The notes below the pieces were generated by a model that saw nothing but the letters and a program-made list of their open reading frames with translations, was not told where the DNA came from and did no database searches. 64,000 nt of DNA from the human T2T-CHM13v2.0 reference genome, Homo sapiens. The DNA is taken from NCBI RefSeq assembly GCF_009914755.1, contig NC_060932.1. One strand, written 5' to 3'. Below, piece after piece: positions 45,973 to 59,716 of the stretch; the stretch's first letter is position 1; each line of letters opens with the position of its first letter. The translations under genes were made by a program, and so were the position numbers.

Positions 45973-48323
45973 CAGACATATGTGGTTTTATTGCACTTTG
46001 CTTTATCATGCTTTGCAGATATTGTGTTTTTTACAAATTGAAGATTTTTGACAATCCTATGTCAAGCAAGTCTATTGGTGCCATTGTTCCAACAGAATGT
46101 GCTCACTTTTTGTCACATTTTGGTAATTCTGAAATATTTCAAAAGTTATTATTAATCTGTTATGGTGATCTGTGGTCTTTGATGTTAATATTGTAATTGT
46201 TTGGGAGCACAACAAACCATGACCATGTAGGTTGCAAACTTAGTTGGTAAATGTTGTGTGTAATAGTTGCTACACCAACCAGCTGTTCCCCAATCACTCT
46301 CCCTCTCCTTAGGCCTCCCTATTCCTTGAGACAAAATAATACTGAAATTAGGCAAATTCACAACCCTATAATGGCTTCTAACTGTTCAAGTGTAAGGAAG
46401 AGTCACACATCTTTCACTTTAAACCAAAACCTAGAAAGGATTGAGCTTAATAAAGAAGGCATGTCAAAAGCTGAGATAGGCCAATAGCTAGGCCTCTTGT
46501 TCCAGTTAGCCAAGTTGTGAATGCAAAGGAAAAGTCCTTGAAGAAAACTAGAACTACTTTAGCGAATACACAAATGATAAGATAGTGTGACATTCTAATT
46601 GCTGATATGGAGAAAGTTTTAGTAGTCTGGATAGGAGATCAGCCACAACATTCTCTTAAGCCAAAGCTAACTCTCTTCAATTCTATGAAAGCTTAGAGGT
46701 GAGGAAGCTGCAGAAGAAAAGTTGGAACCTGGCAGAGGTTGGTTCATGAGGTTTAAGGAAAGAAGCCATCCTCATAGCATAAAAGTGCAAGGTGGTGCAG
46801 CAAATACTGATGTAGAAGCTGCAGCAAGTTATCCAGAAGATCTAGCTAAGATTATTGATGAAGGTGGCTACACTAAACAAGAGATTTTCAGTGTTGACAA
46901 AAGGGTTTTCTTTTGGAAGAAGATGCCATCTTGGCTTTGAATAGCTGGAGAGAATAAGGAAATGACTGACTTCAAGGGACAGGCTATCTTGTTAGGGGCT
47001 AATGCAGCAGGTGACCTTAAGTCGAAGCCCATGCTCATTTACCATTCTGAAAATCTTAGGGCCCTTAAGAATTATATTAAATCTATCCTGCCTGTGCTTT
47101 ATAAATAGAACAACTAAGCCTGGATGCCAGCACATCTGTTTATAGCATGATTTACTGAAGATTTTAAGTCCACTGTTGAGACTTACTGCTCAAAAACTAA
47201 AAAAAAAAAAAAAAAAAAAAATACTCTTTTAAAAATATTACTGCTCATTGACAATACACCTGGTCACTCAAGAGCTCTGATGGAGATGTACAAGAAGGTG
47301 AACGTTGTTTTCATGCCTACTAACACAACATCCATTCTGTAGCTCCTGGACCAAGGAGCAATTTCAACGTCTAAGTCTTGTTATTGAAGAAACACATTTT
47401 TTAAGGTGATAGCTGCCATAGATAGTGATTCCTCTGGTGTATGTGGACAAAGTTCATTGAAAAGCTTCTGGAGAGGATTCATCATTGTAGATGCCGTTAA
47501 GAACACTCATGATTCAAGGGAGGAGGTCAAAATATTAACATTTACAGGAGTTTTGAAGAAGTTGATTCCGGTCCTCACAGATGACTTTGAGGAGTTCAAG
47601 ACTTCAGTGGAGAAAGTATTTGCAGGTGTGATGGAAATAGCAAGAAAATTAGAATTAGATGTGATGCCTGTGGATGTGACTGGATTGTTGCAATCTCATG
47701 CTAAAACTTGAATGATTGAGGAATTGTTTCTTACAGATGAGCAAAATAAGTTTTCTTGAGATGGAATCTGCTCCTGATGAAGATCCTGTGAACATTATTG
47801 AAATGACAACAAAGGATTTAGAACATTACATAAACTGGGTAGATAAAGCAGCAACAGGGTTTGAAAGGATTGCCTCCAATTTCTCAAGAAATTTTATTGT
47901 GGGTAGCATGCTATCAAAGAGCATTATATGCCACAGAGAAATATTTTATAAAAGGAAGAGTTAAAGCAGCAAATTTCATTGTTGTCTTTAAAAAAACAAT
48001 TAGCACAGCCATCTCAGACTTCAGCAACCACCATCCTGATCAGTCAGCAGCCATCAACATCAAGGGAAGACCCTCCACCAGCAAAAAGATTATGACTTTC
48101 TGAAGATTCAGATGATCATTAGCATTTTTAGCAATAATGTATTTACAAATTAAGGTATGTACATTTTTCAGATATGTTATTGCACACTTAATAGACTACA
48201 GTATAGTACAACTTTTGTATGCACTGGGAAACCAAAAAATTCAGGTGACTTGCTTTATTATGATGTTCACTTTATTATTCAGTTCACTAGAACTGAACCT
48301 GTAATATCCCTAAGGTATGCCTA
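45973..48323 (+). mobile_element. Near full-length Tigger1 (pogo/TcMar) DNA transposon with decayed transposase
   Basis: TA|CAGACATA...GGTATGCCTA termini; transposase fragments EEGMSKAEIG-like, [43 protein letters not shown]; about 2.35 kb. Confidence 0.92.
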
Positions 48324-51300
48324 TGCTTGAAAAATGTTATCAGTAAGATGTGTAATGTGTGACAAATCCAGATAATACATTACTTTTGGAGAAGCTGAGC
48401 TGTTTCAAAAGTGTTCCTTTTATTTGAAGAAGAAGCAGAGTAGCCCAATCAAGTAATTTTATTTATTTTGAACTTACACAATAATTTACGCTTTTGTTTT
48501 TCAGCAAGTAGTAAGGGAGGTGGGTTAATCTGAAATGAAATGTTCTTAGATCCTGCTGTTCAGTTGGTTGGAGGGCATTAAAGATAGTTATTACTTAAGA
48601 TCTCTGTTGTTTTGAAATTCCCATTTTCCTCTGACCTAAATTCTATGATGTAAAAGAATCCCAGCCACCACAGATAGACTGTTTTTCCTTATTTAAATGC
48701 TTTAAAATTTAGTTTTGACGGAATGGTCTCTTAATAGAATTCTTGTGATTCTGTAACATCTTAGCATCTTTGGTTGGCACTTAGAATATTCTCCCACAGG
48801 CATATTTCATTTGCCTGTATGCTTGTATTCCTCATTAGCTTATTTCCTCTGGAGAGTGAGACTCTGTTTCTGCATGTAACAGTTGATCAGTAAATGTTTT
48901 GATTATTACTATTTAGATCCTGAACATGAACGGGCTCCTATTCCTTTCCTATTGCTGCCCCCAATGAATTTTTACATTCAAAAAGTAATGACGTGTTATC
49001 TTGGTTTTTGTTTCTGGGAAATATTAGGAATGCTTTTTGGCAAATTTCAAGGGAATCCTATTTGGCATTAGAAATTATTTATTTTGAGGCCTCGTGTAAA
49101 ATAAGCTTCAGGATTTTGAATAACTTTGGGCCCTGGAGAGAGTAATACCTAATGAAAACTGCAACTCAAAGAAATAATGAAAGGCCTCTTTAGGAATCAA
49201 GGTGGTAGCTCTAGCTCTTGAAGTCTTCTAATCAAAGAGTCAACAACCATTTTTGATCTCTGATCGCCAAAGCAGGCCTCAGAGGGGTCAACTGGCCATG
49301 CAGCCTGATCTCAGAGTAATGGCTCCTCCTATTTCAAGATTCAACTCAAGCATCAATTCCTGTAAGAAACCTTGACAGAACTGCCTTTTCTCCCACCTCC
49401 AAGTCAATGTGACCACTCCCTTTTTGCCTTCACTTTCTCTCCTGACTTGCATTTGATCAGCTAAATTTATGTAAAAAAATGAAGCCTACAACCCTAAGCT
49501 GATCTGAAACACACAGCAAATGGAGGTAGCCACATATATATTTGATAATTTCCCAGTTTATAGCATAACAGTTAAATCATTGTAATTTCTTATGGAATGT
49601 ATGGATCAAACATTACATTTATTCTGTATTGTGTGCATTTGGAGTAATCCATTTGACATTTTTTTTTACATTGTGCTAGAAAAGTTAATGAGGCCACTGA
49701 AGAGAACCAAAAGTAGGAATTAGAACTGAAGATACAGCAAGAATTGCTAAAAGAAAGGAAATACTGTATAAAAGAGAAAAAAGACTTTTATGGAGTGATT
49801 TTAGAGTAACTATGGCTTTGTAAAAATGCACATCAGTTTATCAGTTTTATAAGCCAATGCTTGGTGGGTATGGAGTTTTTCAGTGATCCAGTTTCAAGTA
49901 AATAAGCAACGAATAAGAAGAAATTGTGTTTCTTTCTAGAATGTGTTGTCAACCACTGAATTTAATGCTACCAATAGATGCAGACTCATGAAGTGCAGTA
50001 TGATTTCGATAAGGCCTAAGCAATTATCAAATCAGAAATGGATCTCTCATGCTATAAAATTGTACATTTAAGCAAATAATTTTAAGATAATTGGCTTTCA
50101 AACTATTTTTGGATGTATCAGAAGGGATGGTTGTGGAAATAACAGCACAGTAAATGAATAGTTACTGGAGGACAGGAAAGCAGAAAAAAAATCTGAAGTG
50201 TAAGGAGATACAGTCAAGCTGTTTATAAAATACATTTAGATACAAAAGAGGTCACTGTGTGGAAAACCTTTAGAATCACTGTTGAAAGAAAAAAAAATGT
50301 CCACTTCCCAATTTCAAGTTCTATTGGGATTGTTTGTATTATAAAGAGTTGACTAATAAATTCCTGCCAAGGATTATTTCCCTATCCAAACAAAATGTCC
50401 ACAATTCTTTATGAGAGAAGATGATACCCATAGCTTCTGCTTCCCGCAGTGGCACTCTCATCACATATATTGGTAAGTATAGAGGTGCCAAGGAGAAGCA
50501 GGCAACAGTTTTCTCCATAGCATCCATAGTCATGCTGTTCAGCAGATAAGCCTAGTACAGTTAGTATGTCCTGATTTTTTGCTAAATCCTGGGAAAAATG
50601 AAAAGAGTCTTCCTTATGCAGTTGTGTTTTGCTGCTGAGTTGTGTTTGCAGTGTATTAGAAGAAATACATGTAGGAAGCCTGTTTTCAGTACACCACTGT
50701 ATTACTCCATGGTCTTGAATTTCTGAGGTCTTAAAATAGGGTTATTAATATTACGGAGAAAGTCACACTGCTGGGTAATCTGGTTGAAATGGAGACAGAG
50801 CATAAACCAATAGAGGTGTACACATATACTAAGAATTTTGACTGGTTAAGGGAAACAAGAAACAAATGTATTTGTTTTCATTAGTAAATATGATTTTTTC
50901 TCAGGATATGAGTAAGAATTAGTGAAGAGGGAACAATATTAAATTATTTTCCTTAGTAAGGTAGGATATTAAAAATTAATCCCTTCTATTTGTCAGTTTT
51001 CCATGTCCAGAGTTAATTGAACAGTTGTGTTAACATTAATATAACATTGCTTGCTGGCTACCAACAATAATAGCATGGAAGAATGTTTTAAGGTATGTCT
51101 TCTGGTAGAATAACTATATCCTCATTATTAACAGTGTGGAAAATGTAGAAATGTAGAAGGAAGCAAATAATCACTCATCCAGAGATGATCCATGTTAATG
51201 TTTTAGTGTATTTTTTTCTATATTTGTAGCTTTGCCAATTTCACACAGTTACTTTTTAATATATACACCGGGGTTAAGTCTTTGTATGATTACAAAATAA

Positions 51301-52499
51301 ATTCTTGTTCAATTTTTGAGAAAAATAAGGAAACTATGAAAACAGTATAAAGAAGAGCATGTGTGATTCCTAGAAAACAGCAAAAATAATTTGGAACTGC
51401 TTTTAATGACAAGGGTAGGCAATCAAGTTTGCTAAAATGAATAGGATAATCAGCTCCAGCCATAAATAAATTAGTATCTTTTTAATGTGTCTGTTGTGTG
51501 TATTCTGCAGCTGGCTCTTAAGTAATTTTTAAAGGAGGCCTGATATGTGTTCGGAGGGGGAGCAACATGATTAGAATATGGTAGCTAGCTTGGAATAGGC
51601 ATCATCAATGATTCGAATGCATGCTCTAGATCATGCATGCTTTGGAAGCTACAAAGCTTCTCCAAATCTTGGAGAAGCAACACAGTGAGAAACCTGTCAC
51701 TAAGCTTTTGAGGATTCCTATCTGGAAGAGGACTGTTAACAGTAAACTCAGGCTGCAGTTGATTTTCTTTCCATCATCAACATATTATCTGGGTCTAGTG
51801 AATTACAAACCCTCCTCTTGGCTTAACATTCTCTCTGATGGCTTTCTGCACATTGGCTTCCTCTTCTTGCTATCACGGTAATTACTCAGGAGACATACCA
51901 TAGGTTTTCTTGGGTTTAGATCAGCTTAGGAAAGAAAAGAAAACTTAATCAGTGAACAGATTTCTTTGGCATTTTCCATGTAATCCTGGGACCCCTGCTT
52001 GTTAGTTTTGTCCTGTTTCCTGTTACAGAAAAGGCTGAAAATCAGCATGCAGATGAATGAGATAGCAGATGGTTTTCCCGTGATAGAGACCAACAATTTG
52101 TGAGATAGAATAGTAACGACAAACATACATAAGAGAAAAGGCAGAATTAGAGTACAGTATTTTAAAAGCTTTCAGGCGCTCAATAAATGCTCACTATTGT
52201 TAAAGAGAGAGAAAAAAGGAAGTCCTGTATAATACATCAATAAGATTTTAATTTTCAGTTATTATTATTTGAGCTTTATTTCCCAGCTCTCTGACACAGA
52301 TTTAGGGGTGGTGTGGATATTCTTAGAGTGGAAATTATTGAACTCTTAGATTAAAGGTACTCGAGTTCCTAGCTTGCCCTGTAACTACACATATAGAGAA
52401 GATCACTCTCGTAGGTGCTAGTAAGTAGGAGATAAAAGTTTTAGGGGGAAACACAGAGGGATACTCAGAACTGGGAGCAGTCCTAAGGTGGACCTTCAA

Positions 52500-52790
52500 A
52501 ATGATTCATGTCTTAGAAAATATGATTTAAGAGAAGTTAGGTCTATAGGGTCATTTTATCTGAGGAAAGATGGCTGTAAGGATCTTTAATGATAGGAGTC
52601 AAATATATGAGAGATTGTTGCAAGGAGAATGTTAACCAGCTATTCTACAACTCGACTGGGGATAGAAATAGCTTTAAATTACAATATACAGAATTTAGAT
52701 TAGATAAAGGAAGTATGCTCTGAAAGTAAGAGTTGTTAAAAGTTAGAATATGTTTTCCAAGTAGGTTACAAAATTGTTTTAATAAAATTA
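52500..52790 (+). mobile_element. L3/CR1 LINE 3' relic
   Basis: GCTTTAAATTACAA..GAATTTAGATTAGATAAAGGAAG..AGAGTTGTTAAA resembles the CR1 RT 3' end. Confidence 0.5.
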
Positions 52791-52818
52791 TTTGTGTTTA
52801 TTCAAAAATAATGAAAAC

Positions 52819-53000
52819 ATATATATTACATATATAAATATTGATATATTACATATCAATATATAAACCTAGGATATAAACCCAATATGTAATTGATATG
52901 TTACATATCAATATATATTATACATGTATTGATGTCTTACATATCAATATTATACATGTGTTGATATATTACATATCAATATATTATACATGTGTTTATT
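52819..53000. repeat. AT-rich minisatellite of palindromic units
   Basis: TTGATATRTTACATATCAA core (one copy degenerate) at 52841, 52893, 52929 and 52961. Confidence 0.85.
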
Positions 53001-54851
53001 ATATGTGTGTGTGTCTATGTACAAAAAGATAGCTTTTTGACCTCAACAGCATTATAACTTGATAATTGTCTTATTTTGGAACTCACGCTGAAGTAGCTTT
53101 CAGATACTGTTCTAGAAGGCTTAAATTAAGTATGTTGACAATACCCCAAACTACTGGATGATATTTGTAATGAATTTCACCCTATATCAGTACAGAAGGG
53201 TGTCACAGTTCAGCAAAACAAAAGAGAATACGCTTTGTTAAACCTCTACTTTCTGAATTTTAGGACAGTGAGGAAATTTAACATTTTCAATTTTTTTTTC
53301 TTTTCTTGACTGAAAAGAAAGTCAAGCCAGCAATATGTTTCTGAGAGAGCAGTGATGCATTTCACAACACTGTTAACTGTCTGCTTGGCTTTTTGAGGCT
53401 TCCAGAGTTCAGAATTGTCTTCTCTTGAATAGGTCAGTGCATTTTTTTCCTTCAGTTTTTCTCCTTAAGCAGCAAAACAGACCATTTAACTTCCAAATAT
53501 TTACAGCTTGCAAACAGATAAACTTCCCAAATCTGTTTTTTTTTATGAAAAGGAAAACGATCAGCCACAATAATCTATAATACGATATATTTGAATCAAA
53601 GTTATTAGATGCCCTAGGGTCTTTTCATGGCAGATTTTATATATCACCACCATTAATAAATCTGTTATCAGAATTATGTCTTTCTCTCTGCTGATAGTTA
53701 TTTTTAGACTAACATATTCATACCTCCTTCTGATGAAAAACATTAAAATTTGAATAAGGCATATTAGAAAACCCTAAAGCTCTGTATTTACACAAAGGAG
53801 ACTCATAAATATTGGTTTTTCAGGGTGAAGCATTGTGTGTTATTCCATTTTGTACCACAGGGAAAGCCTAGTCACACATGGGGCCTCATTAAAAGAGGAT
53901 CTAAAGAAATATTTAATGGTTGAAATATAAGGTCTTATTCTGAATATCTACCTTCACTTTATAATAATAGAAACTGAACTGAAAAGATTCAGTAAGTGAT
54001 TTAGAACATCCACTCATTTTAAAAGTAATGTCTAGGCCTAGGAAAGTGACATCATGTTCCAAATGTTACAAATCCAGCGTTTTTCCTTGATGTCTTTATA
54101 AATACATTGTTTACAGTTTTTATTCTCCTCCATATATGATGCCCCTTTTCTAAGATTATTTCGTAGGTATATCCTTTAATGAGAGAACCTCATAAATAAA
54201 CTTCCTGAATTTGAAAACGAGTGAGAGGAGACTTCAAGTTTGTGGACTGAGCTAAACATGTGTCTACTCTCCCTTCAAACATCCCATGGAAATGGCAGTA
54301 AAGACAGAACAAAGAGAATACATTTCTGAATATACTGAGGAACATATACTCCAGAGAGCAGAAACAGGAAGAGGGGCCTCTGCTAAAGCTGAAGGAGTCT
54401 TCAGGAGGGAACCCAGCTGGTCTCTGTGTTCTGGTTGGCAGATACAGAGAGTAGCCAAGGTCAAAAGCAGACAAACAGAAAGTGAGGTGATTGGCCACAG
54501 GTTTGGAAATGGCTCAGGTTTGCTCTTTCCAACCCCTTGCATGTCACTGCACATTTACCTCCAGAAGTAAAGCAGGAGAACTCTGCAAAGGGAACCAACA
54601 ATCTGCATGGGAGGGTATTGCCTCCAAGTGTGTGGGCTGGCGACCAAGTGCAGCCCTCTGCCCTAGTTATGGGAGTTGGAGAGGGACTTACTGGTTTGCA
54701 TGTTCCATGCAAGAGCTAAAGCAAAGCACATCTCGGAGAAGTGAGCCAGGAAAGAGGATCAATCCATGCCAACAACCTATATTAATTAACCTGATAATTA
54801 ATATGTATATAAAGTGAAAAAAAAGAAAGAAAAAAGGGAAACAGCCATGAG

Positions 54852-55085
54852 ACAGGATTTCACAACCTCTGCACTATCAACATTTTGGGCAAGATACTCT
54901 TTTGTTCTGGAGAAGTGTTCTGTACATTGCAGGATGTTAAGTAGCATGCCTGGTCTCTATCCAATTGATGTCAGAAGCAAGCAACATCCATCCCTGGCCA
55001 CTGTGAACAAAAATGTCTCAATATCTAGACAAAGATATTGCAGCATACTCTGGAGGACAAAACCAGCACTAGCTAAGAACCATTA
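54852..55085. mobile_element. MER20 hAT-Charlie
   Basis: CAGGATTTCACAACCTCTGCACTATCAACATTTTGGGC...TGTACATTGCAGGATG...AAGAACCA. Confidence 0.8.
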
Positions 55086-55679
55086 TCCTAGAGAAAATAG
55101 AAATGGTTTAGAGAAGAGATCTTTTCAAGATATCTACCTTGGTATCCTCAGACATACTGAAGAATTACAGTCTCTAAAATAATTTTCTGATACGGAAAAT
55201 GAAGAAATCAAAGGACAGAAATAACCCACGGAATTTTAAAGTTTAATTAACAAAATTGTTGAAAAATTCAAGGAAACCTTCCAAAAGGAAAAGAAAGAAG
55301 AAGTTATAATATGTGAAAAAGGGGAAGAGACAAAGAGAATCCGTTTAGGAAGCTAAGTGTCTGTCTAATAGGAATTCTAAAACCAGAGGGAAAAAGCACA
55401 ATAAATGAGACAAAATAATCATGACATTTCCTAGAGTTAAAGAAAGGCACGTCCTCAGAATGAAAGGCCCAAATAATGTTGAGAACAATGAATTTTAAAA
55501 TACCTACATCAGACACATGCTAATGAAACTTTAGAATACCAAGACTTAAGATCCTAAAGATTTTGAAAAAGAAAAACATAAACAAACATTCTATCATAGG
55601 AATGACAATCACAGTCAAGTTTTCAATCTGCATCTTGAAAATGCCAGATGATAACAGGACAGTGACCTAATGTTCGGAC

Positions 55680-57080
55680 AGAAAACAAACCTAATACCAA
55701 ATGGAATCAAACAGGAAACTCAGAAATAGACACGTTAATATGCTCAAGTGATTTTTGACAGAGGTACAAAAGTCATTCAATTGCCTTTTCCACAAATGGT
55801 GCTGGATGCCCAATGGCAGAAAAAAGTAAGTCTTCACCTAAGTCTTACACCTTACACAAAAGTCAACTGAAAATGGATCACAGACTTAAATATAAAATAT
55901 GTACCTATAAAACCTTTTAGAAAAAAACAGGAGAGTGTCTTTCAGATCTAAGGTGAGCCAAATAATGGGTCGACTTGATACTGAGATCACAACTTATAAA
56001 TGGAAATGTTGATAATTTGGACTTTGTAAAATTAAAAACCTTTGCCCTGCAAAAGACCCTTTAAAAGGATGGAAAGACAAGCTACAGATTGGGAGAAAAT
56101 ATTTACAAACCAAATACTTGATCTAGGACTAGTAACTCAAAAGTCAACAGTAAAAAATTTTAGTAACAATCTATTTTAGAAAATGAACAAAAGACACAAA
56201 GAGATATTTCACCAAAGAGGATATACATTTGGTGAAAAAGCACATGAAAAGATGTTCAAGGTCATTAACCATTAAGAAAATGCAAATTAAAACTACAATG
56301 AGGTATCACTATCCAACTATCAAAATGGCTAAAATAAAAAGATTAGTGACGAGACCAATCGCTGGCAAAGATGCGGAGAAACTGGATTACTCATTCATTG
56401 CTGCTGGGAATGTAAAATAGTACAGCCCATACTAGGAAAGAGTTCAATTTCATAAATTAAACATACAACTACCATATGACCCAGCAATTGCATTCCTAGG
56501 CTTTTCTCATAGAGAAGTGAAAACTTGTGTTCACATAGAAACCTGTACGCTAATGTTGAATGTTCACAGCAACTTTATTTGTAATAGCTGCAAACTGGAA
56601 ACATCTCCAGTGTCCACTAATGGGTGCATGGTTAAACACATTGTGATACATCCATACCATGGAATAGTATTCAGCAATAAAATAGAACAGGCATGCAATG
56701 GAAAGTTACATGCAACAGCCTGGATGAATTTCCAGAGAAATATGCTGAGTGAGAAAGGCCAATCTCAAAAAATTACATAATGTATGATCTAATTTTTATA
56801 CCACTTTGAAACCATAAAATTAAATGAAGAACAGATTAGTGGTTGCCAGGGGTTAAGTAAAGTGGGAGGAAAGTGGTTGTGGCTATAAAAGTGCCACATG
56901 AGGAATGCTTGTAATGATGGAATTGTCTGTTTCTTGACTATGAGTGTCAATATCCTGAATGTGATATTGTGAGATGTTACCATGGGGGCAACTGGGTAAA
57001 GGGCAAATGGAATTTGTCTTATTTCTTACAACTGCCTATGAATTTACACTGATCTCTAATGAAAAGTCTCATTTAAAAAT
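55680..57080 (+). mobile_element. L1MC-type LINE-1 3' portion
   Basis: ORF2 C-terminal remnant [24 protein letters not shown]; 3'UTR GTTACCATGGGGGCAACTGGGTAAAGGG; decayed ORF1-like sequence upstream at about 54220-55660. Confidence 0.8.
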
Positions 57081-58059
57081 TTGATAGTGCTTGATTTTAT
57101 CAGTTGATCAAGCTGCTCTTAGTTGAAATAACAATTTCAGAAGGATCAGCATAATGAATCTACCAGTCACTGAAAACTCTCAATTATCTGTCTTGTCTTC
57201 CCTTTCAGTTTTTGTTTCATTTCTGTTTTAGTAACCTCTTAGAAAAAGGTAGTATTAAAGGAGACCTAGGTCTCTTTTACCAATTTAGGATAACTTCACA
57301 ATCTCCGCAGATAAATTGGTATCTGTGTACACACACAAAAATAGGAAATTCTTGTGAGTAGTTTACAGGGGAAGTGCTTAATATATAAACAAGGCAGTGC
57401 TCTGGTAAAATTACTTATTGCATTGAGATTAAGAACATAATAAAATTATTAAAATAGCCTACCACTTTCATTACAGACTTAAAATGTTCTTCCTTTTATC
57501 TCTGGGGGTTTGATAATCCCTGTTTATTGTTCTTTTATTTTGCTGTATATCACGTTGGCCATTTAATCATTGGCTCTGTAGCAGGGTGAGTGTAGAGAGC
57601 ATTAAAAAATAATAAATGATGCAGTTTATCATCACCTCCCTGTAAAACACAAGGCACGTGAAGGATATGAGTTTCCTTTAAGCTAACGTATTTACTTAAT
57701 GTGATTTCAAACAAACTCCTACAAAAGTTTTTGGTTATGGCATCCATTTTGGAATTTGAAAAATATATATAATTCATCTGAAATAAATGTATAAAACAGC
57801 TAATTTTCTGGTAAGATATAATATGTGGGATTATCACTACTACTTTTCAAAATGTAGTCTAAAGAATATTACTTAAATGAGCTTTATGCTGAGTAAAGAA
57901 TATGGGGGAAAAAACCCTAAGAGTATAAAAGCCCAGAAAGAGCCTCTTCTACGTATGAGAGTGTATGTATGATATACTATATTAATATATGTATTGTTTA
58001 ATATAACCTATTTTGATAAATAATAGTATAATAGACTATATTATATACTATTATATAAT

Positions 58060-59390
58060 ATAGGGAGGAAAGTACCATTAAATAAAAGATACTGGAGCAA
58101 CTGGATAACTATTTGAAAAACAATAAACTTAGACCATTTGTTGCACTATACACCAAAATAAATTTCATATAGATTTTAAGGTTAAGTGGGAACAAAAAGA
58201 TATCACACACAAAAAACTGTATCTGAAAGTAAATATGTTCTCCTTATAGTAGAGTGAAGGAAATCAGTTAAAGCATTCAAATAAAGAGAAAAATGTAAAG
58301 AGAAACATTAGTATATTTGCTATATAAATGGTAAACGTTTTATATGTCAAAAATCATTTGTATATTAAATATTTATATTAATCTGTCATATGTGGTAGAT
58401 GATTAATATACCTAGCATATAACATGCTCATATAAATAATAAAAAAATCATAAGAGAAAACAAGACAAAAGCCATATATGTAGATAATTCATCAAATGGA
58501 AAATTATAAATAAGCAAATTTTGAAGGAAAATAAAATAATATGTTCTATGATTAAAGTGGTCAATGTCTTTTAAAGGCTAATATTAATAGCTGACTTGTG
58601 GTCTGTAAAGAATAGTTTATTTAACATGTGACTTATAAAAATATATAACACTTTTGGACAGCATTTTTAGAGATAAATATTCCACACTTTTTGTAGCATT
58701 GATTAACTTTATTCACATCTTAAATACTTATAAAAATCTGAATACTACTTTATTTCAATGTTATTTAAATTGGTGTCAAGTTCTGGCTAATCTACCTACC
58801 GAATAGTAAGAATATTGTTATGCAGATCATTGTTATTCTATAAAATGCAGTACCATTCAGTCATTCAAAAATACATTTCCAAAAAATGTTTAGAGAAAAT
58901 GCTAAAATTATGCTAAGTGAAAATTCAGACAATATTTAAAATTTTAATAGTCTGACAGATTCTGATATAGATAAACAGAAAGAAAGAAAGGTAATGTAAT
59001 TTTCATGTAATTGTACCCATGTATATGGGGAAAAAAGGCTTGAAGGCAGTATACAACAAAATGTTAAGGACTTGTTATCTGCATCTACTATTTCAAGAAT
59101 TCCTTCTGAATATAACCAACAGTTTATGCACAAAGAATTTAATTGCAATATTCTTAATAACGGTGAAAGTCAAATATTCATCAATAGGTAAGTGTTTAAA
59201 TTACATTATCAAATACTCAGATGATATAATTCTATGCAGGCATTATAATTATGTCTTTGAAGTGTTTCTGTTTTAATAATATGTAAAAGTGCTTATGATA
59301 TAATGCTAAGTAATTAAACCATATGAATGTATGTTAAAAGGCTGCATGAAAATATGGTAAATTGTTTGCATAGGTTATCATTGAGTAGTG
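58060..59390 (+). mobile_element. Very old L1ME-type relic
   Basis: A-rich tracts such as ACTGGAGCAACTGGATAACTATTTG..CACTATACACCAAAATAAATTTCA. Confidence 0.5.
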
Positions 59391-59391
59391 A

Positions 59392-59716
<325 letters not shown>

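Noticed and set aside
47192-47222. Poly(A) retro-insertion in Tigger1
   Set aside because: No TSD or body; best explained as expansion of a native Tigger1 A-run
46251-47964. Domesticated TIGD-like gene
   Set aside because: Tigger1 transposase is broken by many stops and frameshifts
52819-53000. CRISPR-like palindromic repeat array
   Set aside because: Eukaryotic DNA, spacers short and mutually similar, no cas genes; it is a minisatellite
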